A program made the position numbers and the translations under genes. A stretch of 64,000 nt of DNA from an uncultured Thermoleophilia bacterium. Its GTDB lineage: Bacteria > Actinomycetota > Thermoleophilia > UBA2241. The DNA is taken from NCBI GenBank assembly GCA_963715985.1, contig CAVQSP010000017.1:224001-288000 (forward strand), read 5' to 3'. The notes beneath the pieces are model-generated. The model ran no database searches and was not told the origin of the DNA. It worked only from the letters and a program-made list of their open reading frames with translations. Position 1 is the first letter of the stretch. Each line of letters starts with the position of its first letter. This document shows, piece after piece, positions 29,890 through 39,106 of this stretch.

Positions 29890-30111
29890 TCAGATCCGGC
29901 CGAGGATGCGGCGGTCGTGCGTGGGACGAGGGCACGTCCGCCGTTCTTCGATGCGACGCTCGCGCACGTAGTAGGCGCACACCGCGCAGTAGGTGCTGCA
30001 GGTGAGACGCGTGTCCACCTCGGCGACGCAGATCATCGGCTGGAATGTGATGCGCGGGTCCTTCATGGGGCTCCACGACGTGTTCGGCATCCGCACGCGT
30101 GCTTCCTTCAC
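29890..30111 (-). CDS. Small Cys/Arg-rich hypothetical protein (66-73 aa)
   Basis: Fills the gap between receiver and cyclase on the same strand; high GC3; CSTYCAVC and ERRIEERR...DRR; alternative ATG at 30090. Confidence 0.6.
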   Translation of the reverse strand: MKEARVRMPNTSWSPMKDPRITFQPMICVAEVDTRLTCSTYCAVCAYYVRERRIEERRTCPRPTHDRRILGRI

Positions 30112-30136
30112 GCCGGCGCCCCCCGCCGGCCTCTTG

Positions 30137-30505
30137 TCAGCCCTGGAGATAGCTCGCCACCACCGTGAGCACCTGGGCGATGCGGAACGGCTTCGTGATG
30201 TACCCGTCGATGCCCACGTCGGTGGCGCGCTCCATGTCGGTGGCCATGGCTTTGGCCGAGAGCCCGACGATGGTGATGTCCTGGGTGGAGGGGTCGGCCT
30301 TGAGCTCGGTGACGGCTTCGTAGCCGCTGACCACCGGCATCATCATGTCCATCAGCACGAGGTCGGGGTGATGCTCGCGAGAGAGGTCTACCGCCTCTCG
30401 CCCGTTGGTGGCCTTGTAGACAGTGTACCCCTGCGTCTCGAGCGACATGGAGACGATGCTCAGGATGTCGGGATCGTCGTCTGCGACCAGGATGGCCTTG
30501 GCCAC
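30137..30505 (-). CDS. Single-domain response regulator (CheY/DivK-like)
   Basis: VADDD, PDLVLMDMMMP, SAKA, YITKPF; GAGGAGG RBS. Confidence 0.93.
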   Translation of the reverse strand: MAKAILVADDDPDILSIVSMSLETQGYTVYKATNGREAVDLSREHHPDLVLMDMMMPVVSGYEAVTELKADPSTQDITIVGLSAKAMATDMERATDVGIDGYITKPFRIAQVLTVVASYLQG

Positions 30506-30518
30506 GTCGTGTACCTCC

Positions 30519-32357
30519 TCAGCTGATCTTGCCGGCGGCAAGCGGGTCGGTCGGCTTCGTTGATATCGGCATCGTGAAGATAAAGCTGGAGCCTTTGCCC
30601 AGCTTGCTCTGCAGACGGATAGAGCCGCCGTGAAGCTCGACGAGCTCCCTGACGATGGCCAGGCCGAGGCCGGTGCCGCCCTGCGAGCGGCTCGCCGACG
30701 AGTCGATCTGCGTGAACCGCTGGAACACCTTGTCCTGGTCCTCTTTGGCGATCCCCATGCCGGTGTCGTTGATCCAGATCTCCACCATGCCGTCCACGGT
30801 GCGCGCCTCGACGCTCACGCTGCCGTTCTCGTGGGTGTACTTGATGCCGTTGGTGAGGAGGTTGAGGAGGATCTGGTTGAACTTGGCCGGGTCGGCGAGG
30901 ATCAGCGGGAGATCGGTGGGGAGGAAGGTGGAGATGCGGATGTGCTTGTCCTGGGCGCGCGGCTTGACCACCGGCAGCACGCCGAGCAGGGCCGCGCGCA
31001 GGTCCACGGACTCGCGGTTGAGCTCGAGGCGCCCGGACTCGATCTTGGTCAGATCGAGGATGTCGTTGATGAGCCCCAGCAGCGCTTCGCCGCCCTTGAG
31101 GATGCTGTCGACGAAGGCCGACTGCTTCTCGTTGAGCTCGCCGGTCATGCCGCTGAGCAGCATGTCGCTGTAGCCGATGATGGAGGTGAGTGGGGTGCGC
31201 AGCTCGTGGCTCATGGTGGCCATGAAGTCGCTCTTGAGCTCGTCCAGATGGGTCAGCTCGCGGTTCTTGCGCGCCAGCTCTTCGTTGTACTGGATGTTGC
31301 GCACCACCAGCGCCACCTGGTCGCTGAGCGCGCGGAGCGTGGCCACCGCGGGCTCACCGACGTCCTCGCCGGCGCGGTACAGCAGGCACATCGTGCCGAG
31401 CTGCTCGCTCTTGGCCTCCAGCGGGGCGCTGAGGAAGCCGTGGAAGCCCTCCTTCTCCAAGGCCTTGAGCAGGCGGCCCATGGTGGCGTCGGTGACGGTC
31501 TCGTGCTGGGCGGCACCGGCGCTCGCCACCTCGGCGATGCCGAGCTCGCGCAGCTTGCGCACGAGGGCCTCGTCCACCGGGCCGTGCACCGCCTTGATGT
31601 CGTGCTCTCCGGTGTTGTGATGGAGCACGAGGGCGAACCCCGCGCTCGTGCCGGTGGCGCCCATCACCTGCCGCAGCGCGTCGGGCATGAGCTCGTCGAC
31701 CTCCTGGTGACGCAGGAACACGCGGCTGCTCTCGCTCATCACGCGCAGCTGCTCGTTGGTGGCCCTCATGCGACGCAGTTGGGCGTCCGTGTCGGCCTTG
31801 GCGTGGCTCAGCTGGACGGTGCTCTTGACCAGGGCGTTGGCCAGGCGCCCCGCGAGGAGCGCGACAAGGAGAAAGGCGGCCACATGCAGGCACACCGTCA
31901 TGAGCATCCAGTTGGGGGGTGTGTCGATCTCGGCCACCATGGCTGTGGTATGCAAGATGTCGAAGTGCTGCAGCACCCAGATGCCGGCATAGGCGCCGCC
32001 GGCGACGACCGCTGCGGCGTACGGCACCCACGCCGGGAGGAACACGGTGGCGAGGATGATGGGCCACACGTAGAACACGGCCACTGAGCTGAGCGCCCCT
32101 CCGCTGAAGACGATGGCGGCCGAGACGAGGGCCAGGTCGACGACTACCATGACCCCGGTGAGCCGCTGCGGCTCGACTCTGTCCACGAGGAGGAAGAACG
32201 GGAGGTTGGCCGCGACCACGACCGCGACGGCCACACCGAGCTCGACCGCGACCGCGCCGTGATCGTCGATCTGCACCCAGAGGACGCCGAGCAGCAGGGC
32301 CAGCGTGAACAGCAGGCGTGCCCAGAGCACCTCGTGTAGTTGCTTGCGCAGGTCCAT
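30519..32357 (-). CDS. Membrane sensor histidine kinase (PilS-like multi-TM N-terminus, GAF, HisKA, HATPase)
   Basis: H-box MSHELRTPL, N-box NLLTNGIKY, DTG.GI, GGTGLGL. Confidence 0.95.
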   Translation of the reverse strand: MDLRKQLHEVLWARLLFTLALLLGVLWVQIDDHGAVAVELGVAVAVVVAANLPFFLLVDRVEPQRLTGVMVVVDLALVSAAIVFSGGALSSVAVFYVWPIILATVFLPAWVPYAAAVVAGGAYAGIWVLQHFDILHTTAMVAEIDTPPNWMLMTVCLHVAAFLLVALLAGRLANALVKSTVQLSHAKADTDAQLRRMRATNEQLRVMSESSRVFLRHQEVDELMPDALRQVMGATGTSAGFALVLHHNTGEHDIKAVHGPVDEALVRKLRELGIAEVASAGAAQHETVTDATMGRLLKALEKEGFHGFLSAPLEAKSEQLGTMCLLYRAGEDVGEPAVATLRALSDQVALVVRNIQYNEELARKNRELTHLDELKSDFMATMSHELRTPLTSIIGYSDMLLSGMTGELNEKQSAFVDSILKGGEALLGLINDILDLTKIESGRLELNRESVDLRAALLGVLPVVKPRAQDKHIRISTFLPTDLPLILADPAKFNQILLNLLTNGIKYTHENGSVSVEARTVDGMVEIWINDTGMGIAKEDQDKVFQRFTQIDSSASRSQGGTGLGLAIVRELVELHGGSIRLQSKLGKGSSFIFTMPISTKPTDPLAAGKIS

Positions 32358-32484
32358 GGCCTCGCTCGTCTCCCGGCGCTGAAGGTTCGGCGGGTAAGGT
32401 ATTCTATCTCGGGACCTGACGTTCGTGTGGTGTGCGCACCGCGTGCTCCCGGCGAGCGCGGCTTGCCGAAAGGAGGACCCCGTC

Positions 32485-33864
32485 ATGTCGGTGCCCCGGC
32501 TCGTGCTCTGCGGGCTCGAGCCCGGTCCGGCCCTCGCCCTGGTCGCGGGCGCGCTGCTGGCGCGTTGCGAGGGCGAGCGCACAGCCCGGGCCGTGAGCGT
32601 GGGTGTCGACCTCCCCCTGTGGCGGCTGCTCAACGCAAGCCCCGGCAGGGCCCCGCGCGTGCTGGACCCCGCCCTCCACGACGATTCCATGCTGGAGCTC
32701 TACGACTCGTGGAGCTCGGGCTGCGACCTCGTGCTCATCGTCAGCGTCGAGCCCGTGCTGGATCGCTGGCAGGGCGTCAAGGGGTCACGCGCCGTGGACG
32801 TGGCCGCCGGCCTCGACGCGCCGCTCGTGCTCGTCCTGGACGCCCGCGAACGCGGCGCGACCGTGGCGGCGGCGGCCTACGGCGTCCGCGCCATGGCGGG
32901 CCGCGTCGAGCTCGCGGGCGTCATCGTCGTGGGCGGCGACGAGCGCGGCGCGGGAGCCGAGCTCGGGCACCTCCTGCGCACTCAGGTCGGCGTGCCCATC
33001 CTCGGCTGGATGCCGCCGCAGCTCAGCGAGCAGTTCGCGCGGCAGTACAGCTCCGCCGCCGGCGGCGGCGTGCGGCAGATCGGGCCGCGCCCCGTCAAAG
33101 GCGGCGAGCAGCGGCTCTGCAAGGAGGCGGCCACGTACCTCGACGACGCCGAGCTCATGGGGGCCGCCACGCGCCGCGGCTTCGTGCCGGCGCGGGCACG
33201 GCGCCTGCTCACGCCGGCGCCGGCCGCCCACGGCCTCACGCTGGCCGTGGCGTGGGGGCCGCCGCTCGAACCCTTTGCGCTCGAGAACGTCGATCTCCTT
33301 CAGGCTATGGGCGTCACGCTGGCACCGTTCAACGTCTCGCGCGACCGCGAGCTGCCGCCGGAGACGAGCGGGCTGCTCATCGCCGGCGTCCTGGACGAGG
33401 AGGAGCTGCCGGCCTTCGCCGCCAACACACCCCTCAAGGAGACGCTGGCGCATGCCATCGCGGACGGCCTGCCCACGCTCGCCATGGGCGGCGGGGCCCT
33501 GCTGCTGCTGGGCCGCCTGGCCGACAGCCGCGGGAGGTCGCACGAGCTCGCCGGAGTGCTGCCCGCCGAGGCTGAACTGCTGGAGTGGTACGAGCGTCCC
33601 CGCTACGTGCGTGCGCAGGCCACGCCGCTGAACCCGTTCGACCGTGGGGACAACGTGCTGTACGAGCTGTTCGATCTCGAGTTCCTCCTGCTCGAGCAGG
33701 AGTCGTTCGCCTACCAGGTCGGCGCTCCGGGCGAGGAGGGGCAGGCCGAGGGGTTCGCCCGCGGGCGCTGCCTCGCCACCACCCTGTACGCCTCGCTGCC
33801 CCGTTGTCCCGCGATGGCGGCCTGCCTCCTCGAGGCCATGCGCCTGGAGGGGCCGCGCCCGTGA
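32485..33864 (+). CDS. Cobyrinate a,c-diamide synthase (CbiA/CobB)-like protein with degenerate catalytic motifs
   Basis: AAAGGAGG RBS; PRLV..G start, A..LDAPLVLVLDA, VPILG..P, EN.DLL...G, LP..GL...G, LAGVLP; P-loop and catalytic Cys missing. Confidence 0.75.
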   Translation: MSVPRLVLCGLEPGPALALVAGALLARCEGERTARAVSVGVDLPLWRLLNASPGRAPRVLDPALHDDSMLELYDSWSSGCDLVLIVSVEPVLDRWQGVKGSRAVDVAAGLDAPLVLVLDARERGATVAAAAYGVRAMAGRVELAGVIVVGGDERGAGAELGHLLRTQVGVPILGWMPPQLSEQFARQYSSAAGGGVRQIGPRPVKGGEQRLCKEAATYLDDAELMGAATRRGFVPARARRLLTPAPAAHGLTLAVAWGPPLEPFALENVDLLQAMGVTLAPFNVSRDRELPPETSGLLIAGVLDEEELPAFAANTPLKETLAHAIADGLPTLAMGGGALLLLGRLADSRGRSHELAGVLPAEAELLEWYERPRYVRAQATPLNPFDRGDNVLYELFDLEFLLLEQESFAYQVGAPGEEGQAEGFARGRCLATTLYASLPRCPAMAACLLEAMRLEGPRP

Positions 33865-35579
33865 ACGCGCGCGCCGCCGCCCTGCCCGCGGTCCGCGCCA
33901 TCCGCTGGCCGGCCCGCGATTCCATCGTGTGGCTCACGCTCGTCCCCATGGCGGCGCTCGCGCTCGCCAGCCTGGCGATGTACCTGCTGGGCATCTCCGG
34001 GGGGGACGACCCGGCTCACCTCTACAAGATCGCCCTGCTCCGCGACGGCCAGTCGGTGATCTGGGACAACTACTGGTACGGCGGATCCTACGGCGCCCTC
34101 ACCTACGGCCTCGTCTACTACTGGCTGGCGCAGTTCGTGCCGGGCGTGCTCATCACCGTGATCGCCGGCGGGTCGCTGCCCGTGCTGTTCCATCTCTACC
34201 TGCGCGACGGCTGGGGCATCGGCTCGCGCGCCCCGGCGTGGACCCTGGCGGCGGCCATGGTCGTCTACCTCGCCTGGGGCCAGTCGCCCTTCCTGCTCGC
34301 CATGAGCCTCACCATGGCCGGGCTCGTGCTCGTCGCTCGGGGGCGGCCGTACCTCGGCGCCGTGCCCTGTGCCCTCGGCGTGTTCACCAACCCGCTGGCC
34401 CTGGTGACGGGCGGGGTCTTCCTGCTCGCGGCCCTGGCCGGCCGGCCCGAGTCTCGTCGCCAGGTCGTGCGCTTCGTCCTCGCGATGCTGCCTGTGGTGG
34501 CGGTCCGCGTGGCGCTTGCCGCCGTGTTCGCGGCTCCGTCCTGGGAGTTCCACTACGCCGCGGAGCTCGCCGGGCTCGCCGCCGTCGCGCTCATCGGCAT
34601 CGCCCTGGCGCGCACGTCGCCCGACGCCGACCGCCGCCCTATGCAGTGGATCTTCGTGGCGCTCCTCGCCATCGTCGTGCCCGCCTACCTGGTGCCGGAC
34701 TCGCAGATCGGCAGCAACGCGGGCAGGTTCTTCTACGTGTTCGGCGGTCCGCTGCTGGTCGCCGTGGCCTGGCCGACGAGGATCCACCGCGTGCTGCCGG
34801 TGCTGGCCGTGGCGGTGGTGCTGGTCTTCCAGCTCGCCTTCCCGGTGTGGATGCTGGCGCGCGCACAATCCTTCACGGCCACGCGCGCCGCCTTCTTCGC
34901 GCCCGCCCTGGACTACGCCGCGCGCGTCTACGAGCCCGGCTATCGCTTTCACGTGGTCACGCCGGAGATGCACTGGGAGTCGTACTACTTCCCCGCCGCC
35001 GGGTACCCCATCACGCGCGGCTGGTATCGCCAGGCGGACGCGTTGCACAACGACGAGCTGTACGACAAGAAGCTGGATGCCGCGAGCTATGCCTTGTGGT
35101 TGCGGCGCATGGGCGTGGAGTACATCTTCGTGCCCCATGCCCCGCTGGTCTCCACGTCCCGGCGGGAGGCGGAGATCCTCGCCCGCTCGGGTGAGTTCCG
35201 GCTGGTCTACCGCGACGCGGACTGGACCGTCTACCGGCTGCGGGACAGCGAACCTCTCGTGGTGCCGCTGGAGCAGGCCGGCGCCCAGGTGTTCGCCGTG
35301 GACCACACCAGCATCCGCTTCGGCGTGACACGCCCCGGCCCGTACCTGGTCAAGGTCACCTGGTCGCCCTTCTGGCGCGTGGCGCGGCAGCCCGCCAGCC
35401 CTGCGCTGCAGGGCCGCTACGGCCGCGCCGGCGCCTGGACGACCGACACCCTGCAGCCCGGCAAGCAGCCTCTGGGCAAGGACTCGCACGGGTTCATCGT
35501 CTTCGACGCGCCGTCCGCCGGCATCTACGAGCTGCGCTTCGACGTGGCGGGCACGGCTGAGGCGGAACTCACGCAGTGA
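33861..35579 (+). CDS. Multi-TM membrane protein, GT-C-like glycosyltransferase candidate 1
   Basis: D.PAHLYK...WDNYWYGG after TM1, GQ.PF, SN.GRF, soluble C-domain with RGWYRQAD; GTGA overlap with the CbiA-like gene. Confidence 0.7.
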   Translation: MNARAAALPAVRAIRWPARDSIVWLTLVPMAALALASLAMYLLGISGGDDPAHLYKIALLRDGQSVIWDNYWYGGSYGALTYGLVYYWLAQFVPGVLITVIAGGSLPVLFHLYLRDGWGIGSRAPAWTLAAAMVVYLAWGQSPFLLAMSLTMAGLVLVARGRPYLGAVPCALGVFTNPLALVTGGVFLLAALAGRPESRRQVVRFVLAMLPVVAVRVALAAVFAAPSWEFHYAAELAGLAAVALIGIALARTSPDADRRPMQWIFVALLAIVVPAYLVPDSQIGSNAGRFFYVFGGPLLVAVAWPTRIHRVLPVLAVAVVLVFQLAFPVWMLARAQSFTATRAAFFAPALDYAARVYEPGYRFHVVTPEMHWESYYFPAAGYPITRGWYRQADALHNDELYDKKLDAASYALWLRRMGVEYIFVPHAPLVSTSRREAEILARSGEFRLVYRDADWTVYRLRDSEPLVVPLEQAGAQVFAVDHTSIRFGVTRPGPYLVKVTWSPFWRVARQPASPALQGRYGRAGAWTTDTLQPGKQPLGKDSHGFIVFDAPSAGIYELRFDVAGTAEAELTQ

Positions 35580-35592
35580 CGCCACCGCCGGC

Positions 35593-37266
35593 ATGCGGGG
35601 CGGAGCACACGCGGTGACGCTGGGGGGCATCGAGGCGCGCCTCAAGTCGCGGCGCGGCATCCTGGCGCTGTGGCTTGCCGCCACGGCCGGCGCCGCGCTG
35701 GTCGCCGTCCTCATGGCGGCCGGCGGGGTGCCCGGCTGGGACGACGCGGCGCACGTCTACAAGGTCTTCCTGCTGCGCCACGGGCAGTCGGTGTTCTGGG
35801 ACGACTTCTGGTACGGCGGCGGGTACGGCGCCATCGACTACGGCTTCGTCTTCTACTGGCTCGCCCAGTACATCCCGGCCAAGGTCATCGTCGTGATCGC
35901 CGCCGGCGCGCTGGCGCCGCTGTACTACATCTACCAGCGCTCCATGTGGCGCATCGACGACGTGTGGCCCGCCTGGGCTTTCGCCGGCATCATGAGCGTG
36001 TACCTCGCTCACGGGCAGGACCCGTTCGTGTTCGCTCTGGCCCTCACGATGGGCGGGCTCGCCGTCCTCGCGCGCGGGCACCCCCTGCTGGCGGCCGTCC
36101 CCGCGGCCGTGGCCGTGTTCGCCAACCCCATGGCGTTCGTGGTCTGTACGCCGCTCATGGTGGCCGACGTGCTGGGCCGTCCGGAGTGCCGCCGCCGGTA
36201 CCTCTGGTTCTTCGCCGCGCTGGCCCCGTTCGTCCTCGTGCGCCTGCTCATGGGCTGGGCGTTCAGCGAGCCCGGCGACTACCTCAACGAGACGTCCCAG
36301 CTGATGCTGTACCTGGGGTTCGCCCTCGCCGGGCTCGCCCTGGCCGGCGTGAACGCGGCGCACCCGCGCCGGCCGTTCATCATCCTCTTCCTCACATACT
36401 CGGCCATCTGCGTGCTGTCATTTGTCACGCCGGGAAGCCCTCTGGGCAACAACATCGGGCGCTTCTTCTTCGTGTTCGGCCTGCCGCTGCTGCTTCTGTT
36501 GCGGCACACGCGCCTTCAGCGGCCGTTCCCCTACGGCGACCTGGCCGTCATCCCCATCGTCCTGTTCGCCTTGCTGCAGGTGAGCGCCCCGTACAGCCAC
36601 TTCACCCGTACCGACGAGTGGCCGCAGACGCGCGCCGGCTTCTTCGCCCCGGCGCTCACGGCGGCGGCGAAGTACTACGATCCCAACTACCGCCTGCATG
36701 TGGTCGCCTTGCGGCGGCACTGGGAGGCGCTGTACTTCCCCGAGGCCGGCTATCCCATCACCCGGGGGTGGTACCGGCAGGCGGACGCCATCCACAACGG
36801 CCTCTTCTACACGCACTACGACGCCGCGGCCTACGAGGCGTGGCTGCGCCACATGGGGGTGCAGTACATCTTCCTCGCGGACGCGCCGCTGGACGCCTGG
36901 AGCCAGCGGGAGGTGCGGATCCTGCAGACGTCGCCGGCGTTCGAGGTGGTGGAGCACACGGGCGTCTGGACGGTCTATCGCTTCCGCGACGCGGAGCCGC
37001 TGCTCGTGGGCCTGGACGGCGGCAGCGGCACGGTGGACCGTGTCGGTCACCGCTTCGTCGACGTGACGGTGACCGCCGCCGGCGACTACAAGCTGAAGTT
37101 CTCCTGGTCCCCGTACTGGGTCCTGGAGGGCGGGGCGGGGACGCTGTCGCGCTCGCCGGACGGCCTCATCCGGTTGCACACTGATGCCGCCGGGCCCTAC
37201 ACGGTGCGCTTCGACGTCACTCCGGCGCGCGTGCTGGACACGTCGCTGGGGAGGCTCGGGCTGTAG
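35593..37266 (+). CDS. Multi-TM membrane protein, GT-C-like glycosyltransferase candidate 2
   Basis: Paralogue: DDAAHVYK, WDDFWYGG, GQDPF, YPITRGWYRQADA.HN. Confidence 0.7.
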   Translation: MRGGAHAVTLGGIEARLKSRRGILALWLAATAGAALVAVLMAAGGVPGWDDAAHVYKVFLLRHGQSVFWDDFWYGGGYGAIDYGFVFYWLAQYIPAKVIVVIAAGALAPLYYIYQRSMWRIDDVWPAWAFAGIMSVYLAHGQDPFVFALALTMGGLAVLARGHPLLAAVPAAVAVFANPMAFVVCTPLMVADVLGRPECRRRYLWFFAALAPFVLVRLLMGWAFSEPGDYLNETSQLMLYLGFALAGLALAGVNAAHPRRPFIILFLTYSAICVLSFVTPGSPLGNNIGRFFFVFGLPLLLLLRHTRLQRPFPYGDLAVIPIVLFALLQVSAPYSHFTRTDEWPQTRAGFFAPALTAAAKYYDPNYRLHVVALRRHWEALYFPEAGYPITRGWYRQADAIHNGLFYTHYDAAAYEAWLRHMGVQYIFLADAPLDAWSQREVRILQTSPAFEVVEHTGVWTVYRFRDAEPLLVGLDGGSGTVDRVGHRFVDVTVTAAGDYKLKFSWSPYWVLEGGAGTLSRSPDGLIRLHTDAAGPYTVRFDVTPARVLDTSLGRLGL

Positions 37267-37307
37267 CGACGGCGGGTGTGCCGAGAGGCCTGGTGTACAC
37301 TCCGCCC

Positions 37308-38405
37308 ATGCCGCCCGAGCGCCTGCCCGCCGACCTCTTCGACCTCCCCGTGGACCGCATCCGCGAGGGCTTCTACACCGACGCCTACTTCAACGGCAGC
37401 CGCCGCGTGCTCGAGGAGCAGGGCCTGCACCCGAGGGTCACCATGCAGGTGTTCCAGAAGCAGGAAGGCTCGCTGCTCTGCGGCATCGACGAGGCGCTCG
37501 CCGTGCTGCGCCTGTGCGCCGGACGCTTCACCGGGGACGGGGACGATCGTCACTGGGAGCCCGGCTGGGATCAGCTCGTGATCCACGCCCTCCACGATGG
37601 CGACGAGCTCGAGCCCTGGGAGACGGTGCTCACGATCGAAGGCGACTACAGCCTCTTCGCCCACCTCGAGACCGTGTACCTCGGCGTGCTGGCGCGGCGC
37701 ACGCTGATCGCGAGCAACGTGCGCCGGGTAGTCAAGGCGGCGGCCGGCAAGTCCGTCCTGTACTTCCCGGCGCGCTTCGACCTGTTCGCCGCCCAGCCCG
37801 GCGACGGCTACGCCGCCCGCGTGGGCGGCGCCGGCGGCGTGAGCACGGACGCGCAAGGTTCCTGGTGGGGCGGGGAGGGCGTGGGCACCGTGCCGCACGC
37901 CCTCATCGCCGCCTGCGGCGGCGACACGGTGGAGGCCGTGCGCCGCTTCGCCGACGTCTTCTACCCGGCGCACCGCATCACGGCGCTCGTGGACTTCGAC
38001 AACGACTGCGTCGCCACAAGCCTCGCCTGCGCCCGCGCTCTGGGTGAGCGGCTGTGGGGCGTGCGCCTGGACACGAGCGAGAGCCTCGTCGACCGCTCGC
38101 TCTGGAGCACGATGGGGAGCTTCAGCCCCGTCGGCGTCGCGCCCGAGCTCGTCCACGCCGTGCGCGGGGCGCTGGACGCCGAGGGCTTCCAGCACGTGCG
38201 CATCGTCGTCAGCGGCGGCTTCGACGCCGACCGCATCCACCGCTTCGAGGCGGCCGGCGTCCCTGTGGACGCCTACGGGGTCGGCAGCAGCCTGTTGCGC
38301 GGCTCCACGGACTTCACCGCCGACGTGGTGCAGCTCGAGGGCCGCCCGTGCGCCAAGGTCGGGCGCGCCCTGCGGCCGAACCCCCGACTGGAGCGCGTGT
38401 GCTGA
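37308..38405 (+). CDS. pncB: Nicotinate (quinolinate-type) phosphoribosyltransferase
   Basis: YTDAYF, GTVPHALI, LVDF.ND, GVRLDTS, IVVSGGF, YGVGS, DFTADVV; followed by a nicotinamidase. Confidence 0.8.
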   Translation: MPPERLPADLFDLPVDRIREGFYTDAYFNGSRRVLEEQGLHPRVTMQVFQKQEGSLLCGIDEALAVLRLCAGRFTGDGDDRHWEPGWDQLVIHALHDGDELEPWETVLTIEGDYSLFAHLETVYLGVLARRTLIASNVRRVVKAAAGKSVLYFPARFDLFAAQPGDGYAARVGGAGGVSTDAQGSWWGGEGVGTVPHALIAACGGDTVEAVRRFADVFYPAHRITALVDFDNDCVATSLACARALGERLWGVRLDTSESLVDRSLWSTMGSFSPVGVAPELVHAVRGALDAEGFQHVRIVVSGGFDADRIHRFEAAGVPVDAYGVGSSLLRGSTDFTADVVQLEGRPCAKVGRALRPNPRLERVC

Positions 38406-38431
38406 GCTCCACAGCAGGGAATCCCCGGGGC

Positions 38432-38986
38432 ATGGACGAGCAAGCGCCCGCGCCGCGCACGGCGGTCATCGTCATCGACATGCTGGTGGGGTTCTGCAAG
38501 CACGGCAACCTCTTCAGTCCCCGCTACGCGCCGCTCATCCCCAGGCTCGAGCGGCACCTCGCCGAGGCCGAGGCCGCCGGCGCTCACGCCGTCTTCCTCG
38601 CCGACACGCACGCCGCCGACGATCCGGAGTTCCGCATCTTCCCGCCCCACTGCGTGGAAGGGTCCGGGGAAGAGGTGGTCGTGCCCGAGCTGGCCGGGTT
38701 CGCGGAGCGTGGGACGCTGGTGCGCAAGCACACGTTCTCGGGGTTCCGGGGCACCGAGCTGGACGAGGTGCTGCGGCGCCTGGCGCCGGCGCGCGTGGAG
38801 GTCGCCGGCGTGTGCACCGACATCTGCGTGCTGCACACGGTGTACGACCTGCAGGTCCGCGGCTACGAGGTCGTGGTGCGGCGGGACCTCGTGGAGACGT
38901 ACGACGCCCCGGACCACGACGCGGCCGAGTTCAACCGCTTCGCGCTGGGGCACATCCGGGACGTGCTGGGGGCCACTGTGGAGTGA
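38432..38986 (+). CDS. pncA: Nicotinamidase/isochorismatase family cysteine hydrolase
   Basis: IDM..GF, D.H..DD.EF..FPPHC..G, K..FSGF.GT, GVCTDICV. Confidence 0.85.
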   Translation: MDEQAPAPRTAVIVIDMLVGFCKHGNLFSPRYAPLIPRLERHLAEAEAAGAHAVFLADTHAADDPEFRIFPPHCVEGSGEEVVVPELAGFAERGTLVRKHTFSGFRGTELDEVLRRLAPARVEVAGVCTDICVLHTVYDLQVRGYEVVVRRDLVETYDAPDHDAAEFNRFALGHIRDVLGATVE

Positions 38987-38992
38987 CGCGCG

Positions 38993-39106
38993 CTGCGGTG
39001 GTCACTGAGCGGAGCCCCTGCGGCGCTCCCCTCGTTGACCCGCCTGCGGTGGTCACTGAGCGGAGCCCCTCCGGCGCTCCCCTCGTTGACCCGCCTGCGG
39101 TGGTCA
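38993..39106. repeat. 51-bp palindromic tandem repeat, two full units plus a 12-bp partial unit (REP-like)
   Basis: Units start at 38993, 39044 and 39095; one mismatch between full units; internal GGTCA..GAG.GGAGC/GCTCC.CTC..TGACC stem. Confidence 0.85.

Noticed and set aside
29890-30111. Radical SAM enzyme or RiPP precursor
   Set aside because: Far too short for the TIM barrel, and no maturase, peptidase or exporter is adjacent
32485-33864. Cobalamin biosynthesis operon or B12 riboswitch
   Set aside because: No other cob/cbi genes and no riboswitch consensus in the short upstream region
38993-39106. Mini CRISPR array
   Set aside because: The units are contiguous and near-identical with no unique spacers, and there are no cas genes
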